Below are positions 25,112 to 32,000 of a stretch of DNA of 32,000 bases, piece after piece; positions within the stretch are counted from its first letter, which is position 1; each line of letters starts with the position of its first letter. The stretch is from Candidatus Kuenenia stuttgartensis (GTDB lineage Bacteria; Planctomycetota; Brocadiia; Brocadiales; Brocadiaceae). The position numbers and the translations under genes are program-made. Under the pieces are notes generated by a model. It saw only the letters and a list, made by a program, of their open reading frames with translations, had not been told where the DNA came from and searched no databases. The stretch is taken from the NCBI RefSeq assembly GCF_900232105.1, contig NZ_LT934425.1, forward strand, positions 4,230,001-4,262,000, in the 5' to 3' direction.

Positions 25112-25219
25112 TACTTGCCGGGTATTTTATTGACTGCATCTTCACACAAATAATCACGAAGATTTCAGTAATCCTCAAACACACCCACGCCTGACGTCTT
25201 AGTAATAATTAACTTGTAG

Positions 25220-26026
25220 TCAGCAGCCCTTTCCAACAAGTTTCAACCGCATCATTTCTGCGAAGAGCCTTACCTCATATTCGATTCCTTTCTGAAGATC
25301 GTTTTCCATTGCGTAGTTGATACATTTTTTCATTTCCTTCAACACCCTTGCATCCCGTTCCAGCAAAGTTTTTGCAATTTCAATCGTATGTTTTAAAACA
25401 TCCTTATGAGGCACGATCTGATTAATAAGCCCCCATTCCAGCGCAGTATCAGCCCGTATCAGTTTTCCAAGGAACAACATCTCCTTTGCACGCGCTACCC
25501 CAACCAATCTCGGGAGTCTTTGAGTAGCGCCCAAACCCGGAATAATTCCAAGCTCCGGTTTGGCTTCCGGCAGACTGTAAAAGGATATATCAGACGCAAT
25601 ACGCAGGTCGCACAACATTGCCAGCTCCAGCCCTGCACCAATGGTAACGCCATTTATCGCGGCAAGAACGGGTTTCTTGCAATTCTCTATTTCAACAAAT
25701 ATTTCATGCGCCTTGCGGAATCTTTCGTAATTTTTCTCCGCTACAAGACCGGAAATCCATGACCCAAACAGCTCGTCACGATCTGCCCCGTCGCTAAAAA
25801 CCCCACGAATCCTGCTTGCAATAATAATCGCTCCGATAGAGTCGTCCCCTTCATATTGATCCATCTTGTCGTAAATAGCATCCAACAACCATGAACCAAT
25901 AGAATTTCTTGGCGGTTTTTTCATGTAAATAATGCCGATCGCCTTGCCATTTTTCGCTTTTATTTCTTCAAATTCAATGTGGTCGTACCCTGAGGTATCT
26001 CCACGATTCATACGGATGTCTTTCAT
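25220..26026 (-). CDS. Enoyl-CoA hydratase/isomerase (crotonase) family protein
   Basis: 268 aa. The crotonase-fold motifs are FSDGADRDEL and AAINGVTIGAGLELAMLCDLRIAS, and GLGATQRLPRLVG is also present. Confidence 0.85.
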   Translation of the reverse strand: MKDIRMNRGDTSGYDHIEFEEIKAKNGKAIGIIYMKKPPRNSIGSWLLDAIYDKMDQYEGDDSIGAIIIASRIRGVFSDGADRDELFGSWISGLVAEKNYERFRKAHEIFVEIENCKKPVLAAINGVTIGAGLELAMLCDLRIASDISFYSLPEAKPELGIIPGLGATQRLPRLVGVARAKEMLFLGKLIRADTALEWGLINQIVPHKDVLKHTIEIAKTLLERDARVLKEMKKCINYAMENDLQKGIEYEVRLFAEMMRLKLVGKGC

Positions 26027-26187
26027 AATAATAGCCCGGTTATTTACCTGTTTGATTTTCTATTAAACATATAAACTTAACATACTTACAAAATTTGGTT
26101 TGTTTAAAAACGTGTAACACCGCTGGCACAGGAAACCTGGGTTTAAAAGGAGAATATTCTTCCATCATAGTATTCTTCCGAAAAGGC

Positions 26188-28197
26188 TTATATTTTCAGC
26201 GCTACCTGAAATCCTTCATGAATAGCCTCTAATGCCGTTCGCACCTTAACACAGTCGCCTATGCTGTAACTCTCTGAAAATTTACGGGATATTTCATCCT
26301 GCAGCTCCGCGTTAGGACGATAACCTGCCGCAACAATTATGGTATCCGCCTTTATGAAATGCTCCTGCCCGTCTTTTTCATACACAATGCCACTACCCTC
26401 ATGGTCGTCAACAATTCTTTTTACCTTTACTCCCGTTTCGGCGAGTATCCCGGCATCTTTAAGCTCATTGAGCATAATCCATCGCGTTGAAACGCCAAAC
26501 CCGCCCCCGACCTTCCGTTTCATCTCCAATAGTGTGATATTTCTGTTTCCATGAGATGTACATTCCACTGCCTCATCCGCATTAATCACTTTATGTTTCA
26601 GCAAAAAACAGGCAACCTCCGGGCTCATTGCCCCCTGTTTAGCCGCATAGAGCGCAACCTCGCTACCAACAGTCCCCCCCCCGATAATTACTACATTGCT
26701 TCCCAGCGGCGTCTTTCCCTCCAAAACACTACTTGCAAGGCAAACGTTTTTTGAGTTAATGCCCGGCAGATCAGGCAAGATTGGCACCCCCCCGGTTGCG
26801 AGAATAACGACATCTGGATTCTCTTTTTCAATAAAAACACTATCAACTTCAACGCCCGTATGTATTTTGACATGCAGTTTTTTCAACTGTTTTTTGAGAT
26901 AGTGTATAATATTTCGCACCTCATTACGTCCCGGAGGAATACAGGCATATTGCAATTGTCCCCCAAGGATATCTTTTTTTTCATACAAAGAAACATCATG
27001 TCCCCGTAATGCCAGAATACGGGCAGCTTCCATGCCTGCAGGCCCGCCTCCTACTATAATAACTTTTTTTATACTTTCCGCCTTTGTTACCGCATATTCA
27101 CCCTCATGCCCGGCCATTGCATTGTAAATGCAGGAAACGGCCTTAAAATTGAGCAGCGAATCAAAACACCCCTGATTGCAGGCAATACACGTCCTGATAT
27201 CATCATAACGTCCCTGTTGATATTTGTTGGGCAACTCCGGGTCTGCAATAAGCGGCCTGCCAACAGACACAGCATCTGCACGGTCATTATCAAGTATTTC
27301 TTCCGCCAGTGAAAGATCGTTAATCCTGACGGAAGAAATCACCGGCACATTGACGTGTGCCTTAATTTTTTCAGAGAATAAGACATATGTCATCCTGGGA
27401 ATTACCATTGACATGATAGGTATCCTGCTTTCATGCCAGCCGGGAGATACATTAAACGCATCAGCCCCCGCCTTTTCTAATATTCCAGCTATTTCAACAG
27501 AATCGTTGATCCTGATGCCGTCTTCCACGAAATCCTCCCCGGATAACCTGAAAATAACGGGATAATCCCCCCCTGCCTCTTCCTTTATTGCAATTACCAA
27601 TTCCTTCGCAAACCTCGCTCTGTTTTCCAGACTTCCACCGTATTCATCATCACGTTTATTCGTCGCAGGGGAAAAAAACTGATTAATGAGATATCCCATA
27701 CCGCCATGAAGCTCCACTGCGTCAAACCCCGATTTCTTTGCCCTGATCGTTGCGCTCACGTATCCGTCAATAACCTTTTTTATTTCCGTTATTGTCAATG
27801 CATGAGGTTCCTGTCTGATATTTCTGTGTGCCAATTGCGACGGGGCAACGGGTTTCATTTTCGTGAAAAATGAAGAGGCGCTCCTTCCCCCGTGAAGCAA
27901 TTGAGCGGCAACGCACGTTCCATAAGCGTGAACAGCGTCGGTCAGTTTTTTGAGTCCGGGAATAAATTCATCTTTGTCAAGCCCTATAATGCTCTTCCAC
28001 ACCTTGCCATTCATTTCGGGATAACAACCGCCCACAACAATAAGGCCAACCCCCCCCTTTGCCCTTTCAATATAGAACTGAATGATGCGGTCATTAATAC
28101 CGCCGTCAGTAGTAAAACCCAAGTCCATGGCAGACATGAAAAGCCTGTTTTTTACCTGCATACGTCCGATTTTTATTTTCTGGAATAGTTTATTCAT
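26188..28197 (-). CDS. 2,4-dienoyl-CoA reductase-like NADH:flavin oxidoreductase (OYE TIM barrel, 4Fe-4S motif, FAD/NAD(P) domain)
   Basis: The OYE-type N-terminus reads IKIGRMQVKNRLFMSAM...AAQLLHGGR...FDAVELHGGMGYLINQFFSP. The cluster motif is CIACNQGC. The Rossmann motifs are VIIVGGGPAGMEAA and VVIIGGGTVGSEVA. The likely start is ATG 28197. Confidence 0.85.
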   Translation of the reverse strand: MNKLFQKIKIGRMQVKNRLFMSAMDLGFTTDGGINDRIIQFYIERAKGGVGLIVVGGCYPEMNGKVWKSIIGLDKDEFIPGLKKLTDAVHAYGTCVAAQLLHGGRSASSFFTKMKPVAPSQLAHRNIRQEPHALTITEIKKVIDGYVSATIRAKKSGFDAVELHGGMGYLINQFFSPATNKRDDEYGGSLENRARFAKELVIAIKEEAGGDYPVIFRLSGEDFVEDGIRINDSVEIAGILEKAGADAFNVSPGWHESRIPIMSMVIPRMTYVLFSEKIKAHVNVPVISSVRINDLSLAEEILDNDRADAVSVGRPLIADPELPNKYQQGRYDDIRTCIACNQGCFDSLLNFKAVSCIYNAMAGHEGEYAVTKAESIKKVIIVGGGPAGMEAARILALRGHDVSLYEKKDILGGQLQYACIPPGRNEVRNIIHYLKKQLKKLHVKIHTGVEVDSVFIEKENPDVVILATGGVPILPDLPGINSKNVCLASSVLEGKTPLGSNVVIIGGGTVGSEVALYAAKQGAMSPEVACFLLKHKVINADEAVECTSHGNRNITLLEMKRKVGGGFGVSTRWIMLNELKDAGILAETGVKVKRIVDDHEGSGIVYEKDGQEHFIKADTIIVAAGYRPNAELQDEISRKFSESYSIGDCVKVRTALEAIHEGFQVALKI

Positions 28198-28464
28198 AAT
28201 AAAATTTGTTGTAAAAAATAGCAAAAACCGCAGCAATAAAGATAATTACCGTGGTAATGGAATGAAATGCCCCTTTACGTGTTGAATATAAATAAGAGGG
28301 GGAGTGGAAACCAAAAACTGTTGGCAGGAGACATATTTTTAATCAAACACGCAATACTCGTTTACCGTTAAAAAAACAGACACATTTGCTCTAATTCTTC
28401 ACATTCAGGAACGTTACGATTATAAAAATCATTTAACTTTTTGTCAAGGTAATCAAAAAAAAGT

Positions 28465-28552
28465 GCAGGGGACGAAGCATTTGCCAGTTTGGGCATGAAC
28501 GCATTTATGCCAATTTATTGCAAATACTTCGCCCCTACTTTTTCAAAAAACT
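28465..28552. repeat. REP-hairpin/TIR element, copy 2, interrupted in its right TIR by ISL3
   Basis: The hairpin arms are 28465-28485 and 28520-28538. The TIR begins tttttcaaaaaact at 28539-28552 and resumes as aaaaaactaaagtgttac at 29934-29951, after the IS. Confidence 0.8.
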
Positions 28553-29933
28553 GCCTCATCCGCAGAATCTGTGGGTAAGTATTGGTTCCGGCAAATTACC
28601 AAGAGTATGATACAAGGCTGTTTGCAGGCATTCCAGAGATTTATAACCATAAGCCTTTCTCATAGTCAGTTTCGCCTTAAGGTTAAACCCCTCAACCGTA
28701 CCGGAAGAAAGTCTGCCATCAGCCTTGAACCAGTTGAGAATGAGCTGCTTGTGATTGCGCAACATCTTTGCCACTTTTTTCATAGGTTCCAGGTTGGTTT
28801 TTAGGGTTCTCGTAATCCAGTTCTCGAGAAACCTGTCTGCATACGCCGGATACTTATACTCCCAAAAACGCTGAAAATCTTCACGCATTAAATATGCCTT
28901 TATTGAACTCAGGTTGATCTTAACTATCTGGCTTAACCGTACCGTTTGCTTTTCTGTCAAGTTCTCAGGCCTTTTCAACAGTAACCAACGGCTCTTTTCC
29001 AAAACATTGTCTGTGCCTTCATCCTTGAGCTTTTTGACCTCTTCCCTCCGTATCTGGTCTATGGCTTCATTGAATTTCTTCATGATGTGGAAACGGTCAA
29101 GAATATTAAGCGCCTGGGAAGCCTTCTTCGCTATCACCTTCAGGTACGGCGACCACATATCGCTGCAAACGAATTTGATTCTCAGACAACGTTCTCTACC
29201 TAACTCCATGAAAAACTTCAGCAGGGTCTTTGCCTTCCGCTCAGGGCCACTCCATAAAAGCCTTTTGGCATGCGAATCAAGCTGATATACAAGGGTTAAA
29301 TACTTGTGGCCACTCCAGACTTGTATCTCGTCTATTCCTATTTCCGTTATATTCTCCAAGTCCCTGTGGGCAAGGCCGTAGGCAACTACAAACTGCACTG
29401 CCCTATACACACTGTCCCAACTGGACTTGAATATCTCGGCTGTCTCTTTCCAACTCAGGCGTTTAGCCCATCGAGACAGGAATACCTTGTATGTGGTGGT
29501 CATCTGCTCCTTACCTTCTGACCAGGGAATTCGCTCTACATGGATTCCGTCCACTGGACAGGCGGCGCGTCGCGGGGAATATCGGAAAAATACTTGAAAC
29601 CCCCATAATGGCGGATACTCGTATAACCGGGACGGCTGTGTATCATACCCAGACGCTCTCTTCCCACATACTGAACATTCAGGCTTGGCATTTACCCTCG
29701 GCTTTATATCTGCTACTAATGCCTTTCTACCATTTATGACCTCGAAACTGACTGCTTTGTAAACAAATGACTTGAAATTCTCTACCGTATTTAATAATGT
29801 CTTTATCTGCATTGCCTCTCCTTTTGGGTTAAGATGCTTTCTTGATAAAAAACATCTTACTCCCTTTGGGATGGCAATGCACCTTTTCTCTTACTAATCC
29901 TTACTTATTACCCACAGATTCTGCGGACGAGCC
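28553..29933 (-). mobile_element. Intact ISL3-family insertion sequence (1,381 bp) with an 8-bp target-site duplication
   Basis: The terminal IRs are GCCTCATCCGCAGAATCTGTGGGTAA (28553-28578) and, on the reverse complement of 29908-29933, GGCTCGTCCGCAGAATCTGTGGGTAA; they match at 24 of 26 positions. The direct repeat AAAAAACT is present at 28545-28552 and 29934-29941. A single uninterrupted transposase ORF lies inside. Confidence 0.92.
28556..29812 (-). CDS. ISL3-family transposase
   Basis: 418 aa. It has an N-terminal zinc-ribbon region (CSVCGKRASGYD...CPVDG) and a DDE domain (IGIDEIQVWSGHKYLTLVYQLD... VCSDMWSPYL ...). The C-terminal TVEGFNLKAKLTMRKAYGYKSLE is typical of ISL3/IS1167-like transposases. 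Confidence 0.92.
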   Translation of the reverse strand: MQIKTLLNTVENFKSFVYKAVSFEVINGRKALVADIKPRVNAKPECSVCGKRASGYDTQPSRLYEYPPLWGFQVFFRYSPRRAACPVDGIHVERIPWSEGKEQMTTTYKVFLSRWAKRLSWKETAEIFKSSWDSVYRAVQFVVAYGLAHRDLENITEIGIDEIQVWSGHKYLTLVYQLDSHAKRLLWSGPERKAKTLLKFFMELGRERCLRIKFVCSDMWSPYLKVIAKKASQALNILDRFHIMKKFNEAIDQIRREEVKKLKDEGTDNVLEKSRWLLLKRPENLTEKQTVRLSQIVKINLSSIKAYLMREDFQRFWEYKYPAYADRFLENWITRTLKTNLEPMKKVAKMLRNHKQLILNWFKADGRLSSGTVEGFNLKAKLTMRKAYGYKSLECLQTALYHTLGNLPEPILTHRFCG

Positions 29934-30389
29934 AAAAAACTAAAGTGTTACAAATTGTTACCAAAAATGCAAAATTTGCATAGGCAAAAAATTAAATAAA
30001 ATATGCATAGGGTTAGGCGCGAATACTTTGTTTGTGTGTATTTAATCAAAGGCATACGTTTTCCATCATATATCTATAAAGTATGTAAGTATTTGATAAA
30101 CGTATTCTTATGCGTTGATTGCAGATATTGCAAAGCGGCATCCTTTATTCGTTTCATTTCCTTGGGTATTTTATTTATTAATTATCAAATAATTAGCGTT
30201 AATGGTTGTAATATAAATAGTTATATTTAATACAAAAAACCCTTTCTCGTGCTGGCATACTATTTGTTTAATTGTGAAGATAAGAAGCTCTCACACATAG
30301 GAAATGGGGCATTGTTTTGCAGGAATGGGTACTTTGTAATAAAAACAATACGAACAATTTTAGAAATAATTCTTGAGAAAAAAATTGTT

Positions 30390-30767
30390 ATGAAAATAAT
30401 TAAAGTTGACGAATCAAAAATATCAGATGACTTGTTTAACATTGTCAAACTTGTATTCAGGGATAAAATGGACTGGAACTGTCCTGTGGAAGTTTGGCGC
30501 ATGTGGATTAAAAAGGAAACAAAATCATGGAACCATTTTGTACAGTGGTTCCTGGACTATGATAAAAACATTGATTTGAAGTTGCGGGAGTTTTTGCACA
30601 TGCATAATGGCGAATTTGAGGCGTTTACGAAAAACTGGGTTGCTGAGGATGAGCAAACATCATTCTATGAATTTTATGCAGAAAAGAAATGGGAAGAGGT
30701 CTTATCAAATATACAGAAATTTTTCACAAACACAGCAAAAAACATAAACAACACAAAACTACCCTAA
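30390..30767 (+). CDS. Hypothetical protein (125 aa, Trp-rich and acidic) in an AT-rich island
   Basis: It is the only long ORF in the visibly AT-rich stretch at about 29950-30800, with an ATG at 30390 (MKIIKVDESK...). I recognise no family. The upstream extension to GTG 30249 looks non-coding. Confidence 0.45.
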   Translation: MKIIKVDESKISDDLFNIVKLVFRDKMDWNCPVEVWRMWIKKETKSWNHFVQWFLDYDKNIDLKLREFLHMHNGEFEAFTKNWVAEDEQTSFYEFYAEKKWEEVLSNIQKFFTNTAKNINNTKLP

Positions 30768-30851
30768 AATCGGTTGAGATAATTCTCAATGGGTAATCCA
30801 TGGGAATACTACCATTCACTTCCTACCATTCACTTCATTTGCTACTTTTTT

Positions 30852-31002
30852 GTAACACTTTATTTTTTTTAAAAATTCCAATATTGGCAATGTTTGCCGC
30901 ATAGTGTAGGGGCGAAGCATTTACCATAAATTGTTATAAATAAGTTCATACCCAAACGGGCAAATGCTTCGCCCCTACTTTTCCAAAAAACCAAAGTGTT
31001 AC
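30852..31002. repeat. Complete 151-bp MITE of the REP-hairpin/TIR family (both TIRs present)
   Basis: The left TIR is gtaacactttattttttttaaaaa at 30852-30875, and the right TIR ttttccaaaaaaccaaagtgttac ends at 31002. The hairpin arms are 30906-30923 and 30961-30978. It is the reverse-orientation counterpart of 2528-2656. Confidence 0.8.
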
Positions 31003-31316
31003 GATTTGTTTGACTTATAGCAACAGGAACGAAGGCTGCCGAGGTTAAGACTAAGAAAAAAGACTTAACTTTTTGGCAAAAGATTGATAGATTGATTATG
31101 TGGACGAGGAATAGTAATTATTAAGCTAAACATTTTACCATGAAAGAGTAAGGAGGTAAGTCCCTCCGTATTTCGGCATAAGAACTATCATTTTTGTTTC
31201 TTTTCGGGAGAAGAATCCAGTCTCCACATACATTTTCAATATCTCGACGGAGAAACAAAATTCTGGTGAGAATCACTGGTTTCACTTGCAAGGCATTATG
31301 GACTATCTACAAAGCA

Positions 31317-31430
31317 GTCATCATGTTTCATTTGCAACACCCAGAAACGATGAAAGATGAAAATGGTTTTATAACCCTATCATCTTGTAGTATCTGTACT
31401 TAAGCTATTTTTTGCAGTCTTACTTTCGAG
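31317..31430 (+). repeat. ~110-bp direct repeat, copy 1
   Basis: agtcatcatgtttcatttgcaacacccagaaacgatgaaagatgaaaatggtttt...ttttttgcagtcttactttcgag aligns with 31804-31911. This copy carries a 7-bp tandem duplication (gatgaaa x2) relative to copy 2. Confidence 0.75.
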
Positions 31431-31497
31431 TTGGGAACATCTGGCATTTCTGTTTCTGTACCGGTTCTAATGTATAGGGCCATCCAAAAGGTATCAG

Positions 31498-31793
31498 CTT
31501 GTCATTGCAGGAGGCCCGGCTTGTCATCGCAAGGGTCTTTTTCTGCTTGTCATTGCGAGGGTATTTTCCGAAGCAATCAGTATACTACGAGATATTTCGT
31601 GACGTAAGAAACGCCATATCGCGAGAAAAGCAAATTAAGGGTGGCTCAAGGGCTAAAAAAATAGAATTAATTACTGGAATGAATGCGGGATGGAAGATCT
31701 CTATGACGGTTTATGAGATTGCTTCGGAAAATACCCTCGCAATGACAAGCTGAGACCCCTGCAATGACAAGCGGATACCCTTGTAATGACAAA
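31498..31793. repeat. Mirror-symmetric repeat frame: three CTTGTCATTGCRAGG units on each side in inverted orientation, with the inner pair a perfect 34-bp IR
   Basis: The left units start at 31498, 31519 and 31545. The right units end at 31750, 31771 and 31793. 31545-31578 (gcttgtcattgcgagggtattttccgaagcaatc) is the exact reverse complement of 31717-31750. Confidence 0.85.
31577..31753 (+). pseudogene. GIY-YIG nuclease superfamily (UPF0213-like) C-terminal remnant
   Basis: SVYYEIFRDVRNAISREKQIKGGSRAKKIELITGMNAGWK matches the C-terminal half of small GIY-YIG proteins (..VYYE.F.D...AI.REKQIKGWSR.KK..LI...NP.W.DL). The N-terminal GIY/YIG catalytic half is missing, replaced by repeat-derived sequence. 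Confidence 0.6.
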
Positions 31794-31803
31794 ATAAGTC
31801 ATC

Positions 31804-31911
31804 AGTCATCATGTTGCATCAGCAACACCCGGAAACGATGAAAATGGTTTTATAGCCATATCATATTGCGGCACCTGTGCTTGAGTTATTTTTTGTAGTC
31901 TTATTTTCGAG
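31804..31911 (+). repeat. ~110-bp direct repeat, copy 2
   Basis: Aligns with 31317-31430 and lies on the other side of the GIY-YIG frame. Confidence 0.75.
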
Positions 31912-32000
31912 ACAGGAAATACAAAAAATCATTGAGGAGAAAAAAACGACCTTGCAAAAAAGTGGAAGAAGCATTTTTGAAAGCCGAAATTGTAAATATA

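Noticed and set aside
30003-30230. A 75-aa ORF in the AT-rich islet
   Set aside because: The composition is extremely AT-rich and dominated by Ile, Tyr, Phe, Lys and Cys. It has no RBS and overlaps promoter-like sequence for the downstream ORF.
895-31002. Whether the many recurring palindromes constitute a CRISPR array
   Set aside because: The copies are kilobases apart, differ in orientation, have no regular repeat-spacer periodicity, and no cas genes are present.
31323-31403. The 26-aa ORF MFHLQHPETMKDENGFITLSSCSICT as a RiPP or lanthipeptide precursor
   Set aside because: It has no RBS and no modification enzymes nearby. The second copy is frame-broken, and the coding part is less conserved than its non-coding flank. 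It is kept only as part of the duplicated-module observation.

Overview
This 32-kb window is a mosaic of housekeeping genes interleaved with accessory and mobile DNA. The housekeeping genes are hemC, a DsbD-type thiol:disulfide transporter, plsY, an LPS-core kinase divergent from a GT9 heptosyltransferase, a polyprenyl-diphosphate synthase, tatA, a crotonase, and a FadH-like OYE/FAD reductase. The largest accessory block (10.2-20.0 kb, minus strand) holds a 2,088-aa Sec-exported RHS/YD-repeat protein. It has an unassignable 187-aa domain after its DPFGL motif and no adjacent immunity ORF. Immediately upstream lies a 1,085-aa regulator with an unusual order: MalT-like STAND ATPase, helical sensor, then C-terminal SARP (wHTH+BTAD). 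A 9-bp direct repeat with 11-bp phasing sits between the two genes. Other accessory genes are a secreted metzincin protease, a DUF4143 AAA+ ATPase, an orphan HicB-like antitoxin, and a decayed DUF6883/DUF4926 pair. Mobile DNA includes an intact ISL3 element with an 8-bp target duplication, a truncated IS4-family transposase, a RAYT (REP-associated Y1 transposase) remnant, a GIY-YIG remnant and a group-II-intron domain-V-like fragment. Most intergenic gaps are filled by inter-related palindromic repeats built from three recombining modules: the GCATTCCCGATTTTTTGT TIR, the GTAACACTTTAGTTTTTTGAAAAA TIR, and GTAGRGCGAAG..CTTCGCYCTAC REP hairpins. One REP doublet sits in frame inside the RHS gene. 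No rRNA, tRNA or CRISPR array was found. Composition and gene content suggest a planctomycete or anammox-type genome, but that is only a guess. All family assignments come from motif recognition by eye, not from searches.
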